DNA of 64,000 nucleotides from a plasmid: the sequence record CP071152.1. One strand, written 5' to 3'. The notes beneath the pieces are model-generated. The model was not told the origin of the DNA. It made no database searches and was given only the letters and a program-made list of their open reading frames with translations. Of this stretch, positions 39,044 to 49,590 are shown one piece after another (the first letter of the stretch is position 1; every line of letters starts with the position of its first letter). Both the position numbers and the translations under genes were made by a program.

Positions 39044-39765
39044 TGGGAATCCCCCTCCTGTGACGCGAAGCGCTAAGGTGGGGGAGGATGTCAAGAGTTA
39101 CAACCAAGCAGAACCGACCAGCCACGAACGCGCGGAATTGGCCGAACGCGCCGTCCGATACTTTGTAGGGACAGTCTTCAAGGGACGTTCACCCACCACG
39201 CTGCACGACGACGACTTGACCGATGCCATGTCTGACCTCATCTGCGATCTGATGCACTACGCCAACCAGCAAGGGCTGGACGCCGAATATATGCTGATGC
39301 GGGCCAAGATGAACTATGGGCTCGAAGTGTCGGATGAACCAGTGTTAGACGAGTGAAATGTAGTCTCTTTGTAATACAAAATCGCCGCCGTTCTCGACCA
39401 CTTTTTGTATTTCATTTGTATTACACCAGCCATCTGGAGCGCCGCTAAATACTGGAGTACAGGCTGTTTTCCTCGAAGGACTTCGGCAACCTAAACCCCG
39501 GTGACGACCGCAATGGCCAGCATCCACCGCCCGGTGGGGTAAGGCCGTTACAAGCCCCCCTCCATGAAGGACATCGAGAGCACCAGAACGGTTCACGGTG
39601 ATTGATGCCCTGCCCCAAGCCTGCCGTCCCTCGGGACTACCGTGTAGCCACCAAACCAAGACGCGGCGCGGCTCAGAAGGCAACAACCGTGATCTCGGGA
39701 CTCGCACACCACGCGCCAATTGCGAGATAATGTGAGAATGGAACCCACTACAACAAGCAGGACAC

Positions 39766-40110
39766 ATGCCGAAAATTGCCTCCTCTCCGGTAAGCCAAGA
39801 TCTACCCTCCACCCACTCGTTCGACTTCTATTATTCGAGGTTCAAGAGAGCCCGCAGTGAAGACACCTTGCAGATAATGTACGAGGGGGCGATAGCGAAG
39901 GCGATAAATGACCTGGGCACCCAAGGGAGCTTTCAGGCGCAGATCCAAATTGAGAGGGCGCTTGACCGCAGACAGCAGGAATTTGACACGTTGGCGGGCA
40001 CCCAGATTAAGGCCAATCACGCCATCAAGCACTGCCAACTAGCCCCCCAAGAGTACGATCCAGCCTCCGAAATGCGCCGTCTGCTCGCAGAACTGGCTCC
40101 GAGCTATTAA
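39766..40110 (+). CDS. hypothetical protein
   Basis: 114-aa ORF with a weak RBS. Confidence 0.3.
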   Translation: MPKIASSPVSQDLPSTHSFDFYYSRFKRARSEDTLQIMYEGAIAKAINDLGTQGSFQAQIQIERALDRRQQEFDTLAGTQIKANHAIKHCQLAPQEYDPASEMRRLLAELAPSY

Positions 40111-40495
40111 ATTAAGCCTCATTCGCCACTTTAAAGGCATAAGGGACATCATATGCAGCCATTAAGGCATCACAACGAGGCCAAGAGTAGTACGGGTGTA
40201 GTATGCATGAAGGATGATGGTACGCATGTGAAGTCCATCAAGGACACACGCTAACTACGCTCGCCCTTAAATTGCATACGCCTTGCCTACATCTGCATTT
40301 ATTTGCCAGTTTCTTACGAACTGACGGCTGCTGACATCGAAAATGAGCGTCTATCCTACGCTGACGCGGCTTTCAGGGCGATCTAAAGAGGGCTTACCGG
40401 GTGAGATGGGTGTCGATTCCAGCACCTCGACGACGCCCAAATGAAAACCGCACCAGGGTGATGTGGTGCGGTCTCAATGTCCTTGCGGTACCGTA

Positions 40496-40915
40496 TCAGA
40501 GCAGGAAATCTTCCAACGCCTTCCCGGCCTTCACCTGCTCCGCCAACGCCTTCGGCATTCTGCCCTGGCCAGTCCACGTAGCCTCGATCCCGTCCTGCAT
40601 GAACCCGTACTTGGCCGGGCGCGGTTCGCGTTTGCTTGTGGTTTTGACCTTCGCTTTGCCCTCAGTCCAAGCAGCCTGGCGAGCGTCCACCAATTCATTC
40701 GGATCAATACCCGCCTCGGCCAAGAGTTTTGAGAACTCCGCCAACTTCTGATTGTGTTCTTCCTGGGCCGCACGTTCTTGCTCGGCAGCTTCCTGCAACT
40801 CAGCAAATACCAGGTCAAATTTCTCTTTGGCTTCGCATACCTGATCGAGAGGCATGTCACGCAATGCAACGCGCAGGCTACGGATATTCAGTAAAGTTTT
40901 AAAAAAAACGGTCAT
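40496..40915 (-). CDS. H-NS family nucleoid-associated protein
   Basis: RBS ggag before ATG MTVFFKTLLNIRSLRVALRD (H-NS N-terminal dimerisation pattern). C-terminal ...TWTGQGRMPKAL... DNA-binding motif. Confidence 0.7.
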   Translation of the reverse strand: MTVFFKTLLNIRSLRVALRDMPLDQVCEAKEKFDLVFAELQEAAEQERAAQEEHNQKLAEFSKLLAEAGIDPNELVDARQAAWTEGKAKVKTTSKREPRPAKYGFMQDGIEATWTGQGRMPKALAEQVKAGKALEDFLL

Positions 40916-41099
40916 GGTAAACTCCAGCATCACGGAAATTAAATATTCGGCTACCCAATCAGATTACCATATGGTTTCACTTTTCTGAATTGACCTTGCA
41001 ATGAAACCGGTAATCCATTTGTCAGGCCAAAAAAAAGGGCCATTGGCGCTTAATAACGCGCTTAATCGCAGAAGAAACCCTGATATGGATAACTTCATG

Positions 41100-41426
41100 T
41101 TAACTGACATAGCGCCGGATCTGCACCAGTAGCGACTCCGGCAGGGTATTACTGGTACAAGCCAGCACATCATCGAGGGTAAGCCGTATCGGTCTTTTGT
41201 AGGCGTTAGCGGCCCCTATCTCCGACTCCATCCATCGCACAGCTAAAGCCAAGTTCGCAAATTGCCGCATCCCACAAAAGCCCAGTCGGTGGCCCAATGT
41301 GACGCCACGAAATTGCACTTGATAGTGCTGCGGGATCCGCTTTACCAGCAACAACAGGGACGGCTTATAAAGCGGCGTAGACCGCCGCATAGTACGGCCA
41401 AGCTCATCATAGAAGGGGTTTACCAT
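41100..41426 (-). CDS. hypothetical protein
   Basis: RBS ggaggag before the ATG. Coupled to the upstream gene. Confidence 0.4.
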   Translation of the reverse strand: MVNPFYDELGRTMRRSTPLYKPSLLLLVKRIPQHYQVQFRGVTLGHRLGFCGMRQFANLALAVRWMESEIGAANAYKRPIRLTLDDVLACTSNTLPESLLVQIRRYVS

Positions 41427-41986
41427 CACTCCTCCGCCTCGTCGTCGTCATAGAAAAAGCCCTGATACTCGCAGAGGCTAGACGGCCCAAAATCTTCATA
41501 GATGGCGTCAGGATTGAACGAGAACTTGAGCGGATAAGGGACGGTGATCTGTTCCGAAACCTCAATCCGCTCGGCCAACCCCTGCTCCAGAGCAGCATTG
41601 ACAGAGAGCCCGCCAAACTCGTCACAGGGTACGCTGTATTGAATCGGCAGATGGGTCGCGGTGGGCACCGCCAACTGACGCATGAAGACCGAGAACAAGG
41701 CCCCGTCAGCCACCCGCTTAACCACAGAGCCCACATCGAGGCTGATCCCCAGCATCACCAACGATTGCTCAGACATGGGCTCAGTAATCCCCAATTCGCT
41801 CTTATTCATCCGGCCAAGCCACTCGTAACAATCGACTCCAGCAAATTTGCCGTACCCGGAATAACTTGGCTCGTAAATAGCCGGTTTACCATCGGGTTGA
41901 AGCATATATACAGGACGGCATCTATCGGTTTGATCGTTAGCGATAGATTCGTTGGTATCGCACGTTTTCCAGCTAAAGAAACCCAT
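41426..41986 (-). CDS. hypothetical acidic-tailed protein
   Basis: RBS aagggg before ATG MGFFSWKTCDT.... An operator box lies upstream at about 42197. Confidence 0.4.
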   Translation of the reverse strand: MGFFSWKTCDTNESIANDQTDRCRPVYMLQPDGKPAIYEPSYSGYGKFAGVDCYEWLGRMNKSELGITEPMSEQSLVMLGISLDVGSVVKRVADGALFSVFMRQLAVPTATHLPIQYSVPCDEFGGLSVNAALEQGLAERIEVSEQITVPYPLKFSFNPDAIYEDFGPSSLCEYQGFFYDDDEAEE

Positions 41987-42196
41987 ATATAGCCCCTTAT
42001 GTAGTGGCGACATTAGGTGATTACCTGATGCCCAGACATAGGCACACCTCAGCCGCATATTTGCTGATTGGCGTAGTTGTTCATCTAATGCCGCACTGGA
42101 ATGCTGATTGGTGCCCTGATCACTCTGTACGTGGACATGTTCATCGCACCGCTATGACAGATGCAGCATGTTCAAGCCGATCTGATAAACGCATTC

Positions 42197-42216
42197 TATA
42201 TCTGAATGGGATAGTT
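42197..42216. promoter_or_regulatory. operator box TATATCT-GAATG-GGATAGTT
   Basis: Upstream of minus-strand operon 41100..41986. Confidence 0.45.
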
Positions 42217-42433
42217 ACAAGCATTTTGTAAAGATTATTTTTCAGCTTGTCAGTTGGCGAAAACCTGCCTACTCCCCTCCTCCTGCCTTATCACCCCTCG
42301 AACTCCTTGATGGACAAATCCGCCCCTCATAAACGATGGGACAAATCCGCCTCGGTGAAGGTTCGGGGCCGCGCAAGGGCTGAGTTTGCTTGGCGTGAAC
42401 GATGAAAAGGTGAAATTTTATAAAACGCCCTTT

Positions 42434-42453
42434 ACTATCCGCTTGGGATAGCG
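42434..42453. promoter_or_regulatory. operator box ACTATCC-GCTTG-GGATAGCG
   Basis: Upstream of plus-strand operon 42494..43790. Confidence 0.5.
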
Positions 42454-42493
42454 TAAACATGTTATAAGAGTTGGCACTATGGAGACTAGAGAC

Positions 42494-42757
42494 ATGACCA
42501 ATGATGCGATTTGCCTGGAGCGTGCCCGCCGCTTTTCCGATGAACTGATTGCGAACACTGAGTCGCACTTACAGATCGGCGAAGAATACGGCCCGGCGGT
42601 GCTCGGCCTGTGCCTCTATTTGCAACAGACGCTTCTTGACCCCAATCCAGCTCCGGTGGAAGTGACCGATAGCTACAACCACCATGAGATCACCTATTTC
42701 TATTACATCATCGACTCACTTCCATCACGGGTTGAGTGGCGTCGTTTCATTGCCTGA
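42494..42757 (+). CDS. hypothetical protein
   Basis: RBS ggaga before the ATG. Confidence 0.4.
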   Translation: MTNDAICLERARRFSDELIANTESHLQIGEEYGPAVLGLCLYLQQTLLDPNPAPVEVTDSYNHHEITYFYYIIDSLPSRVEWRRFIA

Positions 42758-42784
42758 TCGCGGATTCATATACGAGGAAACACC

Positions 42785-43129
42785 ATGGGCACCTTGACTG
42801 TTCTATCCAAAGACCCGGCCTACCTGCCGCAGGTATCTTCCAATTCGAACGGCGTGGAATGCTGGAGCGGGCTGCACGTTGACCAACTGACCCCAGAGCT
42901 GACTCAACGCCTCTATGAGTACGCTCGTAGCGAGGGTTACTTGCAGGGCTGGAACGATTCTGTTTACGAGCGGCTGGGCGAAAACAGACAGAGCCCCTTC
43001 CACCCCGCTCTGCTCAACGGGGAGCCACAGCGGGTGTGGCAACAGAGCTACGAGGTGGGCCGGACTGAGCAAAGCACGCCAGCGGATTACCAGCGTGATG
43101 ATGATGAGGACTATTACCGGGATGAGTAG
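42785..43129 (+). CDS. hypothetical protein
   Basis: RBS acgaggaa before the ATG. Confidence 0.45.
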   Translation: MGTLTVLSKDPAYLPQVSSNSNGVECWSGLHVDQLTPELTQRLYEYARSEGYLQGWNDSVYERLGENRQSPFHPALLNGEPQRVWQQSYEVGRTEQSTPADYQRDDDEDYYRDE

Positions 43130-43205
43130 GCAGTGAGCTCATTCTGAATCTCCTCCAACGACATTGCGTTGGCACGAACACACCCTACAAAACAGGCGAC
43201 CCTTC

Positions 43206-43790
43206 ATGGCCATAGATCACACCGACCCGAACTATATCGACATGGCGATCACCAAGGCGCACCTTGCCGCCGGTGATTGGGCACTGAACGAGTTCCATCA
43301 TTCAAACCCATTCAATTCCTACTACTTTTACCTCCGGGATTTTGAGACTGATCTGAGCATCATGTTCAGTATCAGTCAGGAGGACTTCTACAGACCGCTG
43401 CCCAAATCGTTTAGCTTGACCGAAGTGACTGATGGCCTGGGCTACTTGCTGAGGCGTTATATCGACAACGGTAAGTTCCAAGATCATGAGCAGCAGTGCT
43501 TCGGGGTAGCCCTAGCCGTTTATGCAAAACACACTCAGGCGTATAAGCAATGGCTGAAAACCGCCACGAAAGATTCCAAGCTGCACATGGTCATCTCTCG
43601 CTACCCCTTGAAAAGCCCCGAAGCCATGCTCCGTCCATTCATCGTCAACCCGCCCACCACGATACTGCCAGGCAGAGACTTCACCAAACTGACGGGTGAT
43701 GTCTTTGACATGGATATGCAGCGCCACCCTGAGTGGTTCGAGATCTCCATGCTCTACGATCAATCAGGGCAAGCATTCAAATCGTCTTGA
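43206..43790 (+). CDS. hypothetical protein
   Basis: ORF with internal ATG MAIDHTD. Confidence 0.4.
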   Translation: MAIDHTDPNYIDMAITKAHLAAGDWALNEFHHSNPFNSYYFYLRDFETDLSIMFSISQEDFYRPLPKSFSLTEVTDGLGYLLRRYIDNGKFQDHEQQCFGVALAVYAKHTQAYKQWLKTATKDSKLHMVISRYPLKSPEAMLRPFIVNPPTTILPGRDFTKLTGDVFDMDMQRHPEWFEISMLYDQSGQAFKSS

Positions 43791-44040
43791 GCACTGTACT
43801 TGATGGCTTGCGGCATGTTCGTTGTAGTTCAAATGTAATACAAAACGAGGTGCGAGAATGACCATTGCAGGGCTCAAAACCGATCACTATCCGTGGTGAG
43901 CCGATCCCTGCTTGGTTCGTGGATGAGCGTGGCCATCGCGATGAGCGTGAATCGTGGCTGTCCTTGGTGGAGAAGGAGGGTTTGCGCAGTCACAACTCAG
44001 TGATGCAAAGTCGTTTTCGGAATCGCCATCCGAGGTTTTA

Positions 44041-44379
44041 ATGAGCGAAATAATCGCTGATGCAATGAGACAGTACATGGTTGGGTCAATCACTACCGGA
44101 GCAGACCTGCTACAGATCCGCCACATGGTAGGCTTAGACCAAATCACATTTGCCAAACTCATTGGTAAATCGACCAGCGCAATCATGAGAGCGGAGGATT
44201 CGAACGTACTGCCCAGGGACATAGCATTGCTGGCCAAGGGTGTGATGATTGAGCACATGAGTAATCTGGCACTGCAACACATGCGCGAGATGCAGATCTC
44301 GCCACAGGATAGGGCCGTAATCGCTCGTGTCTTTTGCACGAGGATGGCGAACGAGCTGCGGGTCGAATGCGCTGCCTGA
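44041..44379 (+). CDS. XRE-family HTH protein
   Basis: ...GLDQITFAKLIGKSTSAIMRAED HTH. Paralog of 52769..53152. Confidence 0.5.
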   Translation: MSEIIADAMRQYMVGSITTGADLLQIRHMVGLDQITFAKLIGKSTSAIMRAEDSNVLPRDIALLAKGVMIEHMSNLALQHMREMQISPQDRAVIARVFCTRMANELRVECAA

Positions 44380-44717
44380 TGGCTCCTGGAACGGGGGAGT
44401 GATCCCCCAGTACACATCATGAAGTCCACGAGGGAACTTCTGCCCGCCCTCGGGTGACATGGCCACGACGGTCGTCACCGGTGATCTCTCCTCACTCCTG
44501 CCGTGTCATCCGTGTCCTTGAATGACCGCCCACAACCATCTCCCCTCTTGCCCCGTCACTACCAATGTTTGTATTACAATTGGACTACATCGAGGGTGTT
44601 GAACGACCAAATATATGTATTACACATGAACTACAAATGTAGTGGTTAAACAGCGGTAGTGATGGTTTTGGCGATCTTGTAACAGCGACAACCATGGATT
44701 AGACTTGATTTTCAATC

Positions 44718-45557
44718 ATGGACTTTCAGACAAACGAGGAATTGATGGCAACGAAACTGGCAGTGATAAATCAGAAGGGGGGCTGCGGAAAAACGACCAC
44801 GGTGATCAATCTGGCTGCCCGCTATGCAGAGCAGGGAAAGCGAGTCCTAGCGTTTGATCTCGACCCGCAAGGAAACCTCAGCACAGTGCTATCCGGCGGC
44901 AAATACGATTTCTCCATGACCGTTGCTGACCTGTTCGACAAGCCTAAGCGGGTCAACATTCAGGACGCCATCATCCAGGCAGAGGCAAATAAGGAGCCGA
45001 TCCCCAATCTGTTCCTGGTGCCAGCGGATATACGCCTTTCCCGTGTCATCGAGCAAAGCCTGACCCAGATACACCGCGAGCGGATCTTGATGCGCCACCT
45101 AGCCAAGGTGGATGACCAATACGACCTTATCATACTGGACTGCCCTCCAAATCTGTCACTCACCTCAACGAATGCCATGATGGCCGCTGACTTGTTCCTT
45201 ATCCCGGTAGATGGTGGTTCGTTCAGTCTGAACGGCTTGGCCGACCTACTCGATGCCCTTGAGGAAGTGAAGGAAAGCCCAAACGTCCCCTACTACGCAT
45301 TCAGGAACGAGCGGGCCAAGCAGAACAAACTTATCAACGACTTCTTAGATTCGCAGCTAGACGCGCTTAGGGATCGGATTGGCCCGCACGGTAAGGGAGG
45401 CATACTCACCTCTTGTATCCGGCGGGAAGAGGCTATTGGGCAGGCCAGCGTCACCAGTGTGCCTCTCACGTTTTATCGCCCTGGGGCGCTCGCGACCATG
45501 GACTACAAGGAGCTAGCGGCAGAAGTAATGAACAAGGTTAATGAATTACAAAGGTAA
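44718..45557 (+). CDS. parA: ParA/Soj-family partition ATPase
   Basis: Deviant Walker A KLAVINQKGGCGKTTT. Confidence 0.8.
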   Translation: MDFQTNEELMATKLAVINQKGGCGKTTTVINLAARYAEQGKRVLAFDLDPQGNLSTVLSGGKYDFSMTVADLFDKPKRVNIQDAIIQAEANKEPIPNLFLVPADIRLSRVIEQSLTQIHRERILMRHLAKVDDQYDLIILDCPPNLSLTSTNAMMAADLFLIPVDGGSFSLNGLADLLDALEEVKESPNVPYYAFRNERAKQNKLINDFLDSQLDALRDRIGPHGKGGILTSCIRREEAIGQASVTSVPLTFYRPGALATMDYKELAAEVMNKVNELQR

Positions 45558-45563
45558 CAGAAA

Positions 45564-45851
45564 ATGTCAAAGCCACTTGTTGGTCCCGCGATACGTTGGG
45601 ATAAAGAAAAGGATAAGGACAAAGAGCCAATAACCACAGTCGGCTCCCGCCGCAACGTAACGACTGGCACAGCGCCGACCCCCATTAGGCTGACCCCTGA
45701 TGAGCGAGCAGAATTGAACTTGTGGGTCGATGAATTACAGCGCCTCACCGCTAAAAAGTTGACGGCAGCTAAGGTCTTTCGTGGACTGCTCCACATGCGC
45801 AAGAGCATTAATGCCGGGAAACTGTTAGATGCAATAAAGGACATCACGTAG
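45564..45851 (+). CDS. small RHH partition protein (ParG-like centromere binder)
   Basis: 95 aa, 6 nt after parA. ...LTPDERAELNLWVDEL is RHH-like. Confidence 0.5.
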   Translation: MSKPLVGPAIRWDKEKDKDKEPITTVGSRRNVTTGTAPTPIRLTPDERAELNLWVDELQRLTAKKLTAAKVFRGLLHMRKSINAGKLLDAIKDIT

Positions 45852-46766
45852 CTCTCCAGGAGCACTGCCTTTACCCGCAGCCCCGTTCATTGAGCGGGGC
45901 TTTTGCCTTCTTGGTGATCACCCCGGTAAACCGGCCACTCGCCCAGCACGGTGAAACTCCACCTGGGTGTGAGAACGACCGCGCGGTGCCGACAACCGTT
46001 GATCTCCTCGAAGGACGGTATCATCTCGGTTGACCCGGAGCTCATCCAGGATCGCCAGGAACACCGCCGGTGTGGCCAGCTCCTCGGCGGCGTGCGACGC
46101 GGGTAGGGGAGGCGTCTGCGTGGATGGTGGACAACCACGACCCGTATTACCTGGTGATCACCCCGGTCAGGCCGGGCTCCACGGCAGTGGCCAGGTCACC
46201 CCACGAGCGTGCAGCTCTCCCTTGGGAGATGTCACCGTCCTCCAAGGAAAACCATGTGCACCTCGCACCGGGAAATCGTCCAGGAACGCAGCGTCGTCTC
46301 CTTGACGGTGTGCCACGCCGGTAGCCCAGCATGAGCGTCATCGGTGGACAACGAGGGCAGGTGATCACCTGGTATATCGGCCATGACGCCAGTGGCCATG
46401 TCACGCAAGAAGCCGGAGCAAATGGAAGTCTCACCACAGTCAGGTAGGACTTGGCAAACCCGTCTTTGTAATACAAGTGAAATACATCAAGGCAAGTCTG
46501 ATGCCCGTCCTTTGCGGACTTTAGCTGTGCCTTTGGCTGGAGCTCCGCCAGGTGGGCACGCCAGTGCTGGAGTACGACGACCATTCGCTGGGCCGGTACC
46601 AGACGCTCGGCCTGAGCTGCATGAGGCATTGAATCGAGGCCTGAAACCGCTAGGATTGCTGCCTAACATCGCCTACCGGGATCGTGACACAATAATTTTG
46701 AAACCCATCTTAAATGCGAAAGGGGACTCGCTCCGACGTAGGTGGGAGGGGAATTTCGCCGGGGCG

Positions 46767-47171
46767 TCAGCCCCGCTGGTTTTGAATGTATTGCTTGATC
46801 ACCTCTAACGGCGCACCGCCGCAAGAGCCCACAAAGTAAGAGCGTGACCAGAGTACGGGTTTGCTGTAAGCACCCCTCAAGTCCAGAAATTCATTACGCA
46901 GTCGCCTTGATGTGACCGCCTTTAACGAGTTCACCAGCACCGATAGCTGCACTGTTGGGCCGTACTCTATCAGCATGTGAACATGATCAGCCTCTCCGTC
47001 ACACTCTTTCAGTTCCGCACCAAAATCTCTGCAAACCTCTGCCGCATACTGACCTAAGGAAGCGTGATGAAGATCCCCCAATATCGGCTTTCGATACTTG
47101 GTGATAAACACCAAATGTACGTGCAAAACGTAGGCCGCATGGCGTGATTTATTAATTTTAGTGAATTGCAT
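46767..47171 (-). CDS. tnpA: IS200-like TnpA
   Basis: Core identical to the other copies, with stop ...QNQRG. Confidence 0.7.
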   Translation of the reverse strand: MQFTKINKSRHAAYVLHVHLVFITKYRKPILGDLHHASLGQYAAEVCRDFGAELKECDGEADHVHMLIEYGPTVQLSVLVNSLKAVTSRRLRNEFLDLRGAYSKPVLWSRSYFVGSCGGAPLEVIKQYIQNQRG

Positions 47172-47228
47172 TCTGTCACTCAATCGGGCTTAATAGATAT
47201 GGCAATAATGCTACACACTGAGCGCTAA

Positions 47229-48454
47229 ATGCAAATTCTGAAAGCCTACAAGTTCCGACTCGAACCGACCGCCCAACAAGCGCAACGCCTGCGCCAGTTG
47301 GGCGGTTGTGCTCGTTATGTCTAGAATCACGGGCTGGCAGAGACAAAGCGCATTCTGGATGCTGGCGAAAAACTGCCTTCTGCCTTTGAGCTGAACCGGA
47401 TGCTCACCAGTTGGAAGAAAGACCCAGAAATGGCCTTTCTGACCGAGGCATATACCGACAACCTCCAGCAGAAGCTCAAGGATTTGCATGGCGCGTGGAT
47501 GCGCTGCTTTGATAAGAAACTCGCCGCCAAGGCACCCGTATTCAAGAAAAAAAGCGACAACCGCGACGCGATCCGGTTCGTCAACTTCGACAAGTATTGC
47601 CGCCTTGAAAAGGGTCGCGTGAAGCTGCCTGCCGGGCTGGCGTGGGTCAAGTTCCGTCAGTCCCAGCCAGTTGAAGGGAAAATTAAAACGCGACCGTCAG
47701 CCAAGCAGCCGGGCACTGGTATATCTCCTTTCAGGTCGAGCAGGAGACGCTTGAGCCAATTCACCCCTCCGGCTCAATGGTCGGGCTAGATGCGGGGATC
47801 GCCAAGCTCGCAACCCTGTCAGACGGCACAGTGTTTGAGCCCGTCAACAGCTTCAAAACCAATCAGACCAAGCTGGCAAGGCTCCAACGCCAGTTGAGCA
47901 AAAAGGTAAAGTTCAGCAGCAACTGGAAGAAACAAAAAGCCAAGATCCAGCGGTTGCACTCACATATCGCCAATACCCGCCGCGATTACCTTCACAAGGT
48001 CACAACGACTATCAGCAAAAACCACGCGATGATCGTCATTGAGGATTTGAAGGTTGCCAGCATGTCAAAATCAGCAGCGGGCACGACCAGCCAGCCAGGG
48101 CGCAACGTCCGGGCAAAATCAGGGCTGAATCGTTCGATATTAGATCAGGGCTGGTTTGAGCTGCGCCGCCAGCTCGAATACAAGCAGGCATGGCGAGGTG
48201 GTCAGGTGTTGGCGATAAACCCGGCCTACACCAGCCAGCAGTGCGCCTGTTGTGGGCATACTGCGAAGGATAACCGCCAGACGCAAAGCCAGTTTAAATG
48301 CGCTGCGTGTGGTTATGAGGCGAACGCCGATGTGAATGGCGCTCGCAATATTTTAGCGGCGGGACACGCCGTTTTAGCCTGTGGAGGCGCGGTGCAATCA
48401 GGCCGCCCGATGAATCAGGAACCCGGTACTGCGCGAGCAGCTATCACCCAGTAA
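47229..48454 (+). pseudogene. tnpB: tnpB, least-decayed copy (amber at codon 32 plus 1-nt deletion in an A-run)
   Basis: TGG becomes TAG at about 47320. KIKNAT is expected, but aaaac (A4) gives a -1 shift near 47690. The rest reads ...NPAYTSQQCACCGH...[11 protein letters not shown]. Confidence 0.65.
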
Positions 48455-48620
48455 TGGGAATCCCCCTCCTGTGACGCGAAGCGCTAAGGTGGGGGAGGAT
48501 GTCAAAGGATCTGAACCTATGATTCGTATACGTGCGTTGAGCAGCTGCTGCCGAGCTAAAGTCACAGAAGAAGCACTGGGGGGGGAGAGACAGGTGAGGT
48601 GAGGGGAGGGAGTGATAGAT

Positions 48621-48648
48621 AAGAAAAAGGCGTCCCAGTGGACGCCCC
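48621..48648 (-). terminator. rho-independent terminator (minus strand)
   Basis: GGCGTCC-cagt-GGACGCC stem, then T-run on the minus strand. Confidence 0.5.
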
Positions 48649-48668
48649 TATTCTAGCCTAGTGGCTGG

Positions 48669-49184
48669 TCACCGAACCCGACACCAAAACCAGAGTAGCC
48701 ATGATTGCTTGCGCAAGAGATCGTTACTCAATACCTGAGCCTGAATGACACGGCGATGGGCTTGAAGGCGCTCGATAAGCTCGGCCTTATCGCAACCCTC
48801 ATGGGCCTGAACGTATTGGGCACACAGCAGGAACTCGCACTCTTCAAACGTTGGCGGGATACCGCGATTGACCGGCACCATCACCATCGGCCAGGAGACT
48901 GACAAGAACAGGGTAAACGCGACCAGGGACATGGGATTGCGAAGTTCCAGCTTAAACTCCGGCTCGACACCCACGACATATACGAAAAACACGTAGAGAA
49001 CGAATTGCATACCGACGATGCAGGGATAGATGGACTTCAACCATTGTAAGGTGCTGCCAAAGTGTCTTTGCAGCAGTTCGCTGTGAAGTTTTTTGATGTC
49101 TCGTAGAGTGTAGAGTTCACCAAACGCTACGGGGTCACCACTCTGATTCACTTGTGAGGAATTGCTTTTGTCGTCATCTTTCAT
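48669..49184 (-). CDS. hypothetical membrane protein
   Basis: 171 aa with two to three hydrophobic helices. Confidence 0.4.
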   Translation of the reverse strand: MKDDDKSNSSQVNQSGDPVAFGELYTLRDIKKLHSELLQRHFGSTLQWLKSIYPCIVGMQFVLYVFFVYVVGVEPEFKLELRNPMSLVAFTLFLSVSWPMVMVPVNRGIPPTFEECEFLLCAQYVQAHEGCDKAELIERLQAHRRVIQAQVLSNDLLRKQSWLLWFWCRVR

Positions 49185-49590
49185 GCGCGAAATCCTTGCT
49201 CACGCTTAACCAACACAGAGCACATCGACATCCTGCATGTGCTCTACAACCATCAGCCAAACATAAGATCAAGAAATCCACTGCTACGGCGTGCTTGTAC
49301 TACCTGAACAACGTCTACAGCCAGCCTGGAAGGCGATGTTAACTTCATATTTTTATTGAAATAACATATTCAGAAGTGCTTCGCAAAGGTTTACTTTCAT
49401 TATTGGGTAGGCTCCAACAAAATCCGTAGGTTATGCTGTGATTTGAGTAAATCACCTCTAGATCATCCCCTACGGATAGTTAGGCGTGAAAAACGACAAA
49501 ATTGCTCTTATACCTTCACTGTCTACGCTCGCTGGAAAAACCGTGTCCGGTGTCGCAGATTGAGAAGTCCGACCAGAAACAGCCACATAA

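Larger units (their letters stand above)
37308..39094. mobile_element. IS200/IS605-family element, copy 2 (inverted relative to copy 1)
   Basis: Same ends as copy 1. tnpA is on the minus strand and tnpB on the plus strand. Confidence 0.7.
46706..48505. mobile_element. IS200/IS605-family element, copy 3
   Basis: Same ends. tnpA on minus, tnpB on plus. Confidence 0.7.

Noticed and set aside
39060-39356. 98-aa ORF starting inside the IS copy-2 end
   Set aside because: The start codon lies within the IS terminal sequence. At best this is a remnant of an interrupted gene. No RBS.
39345-39812. 155-aa minus-strand ORF (also 33477..33836 and 32970..33383)
   Set aside because: They lie in GC-rich repeat-bearing spacers without RBS, and 32970..33383 overlaps the iterons. 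All are compositionally atypical.
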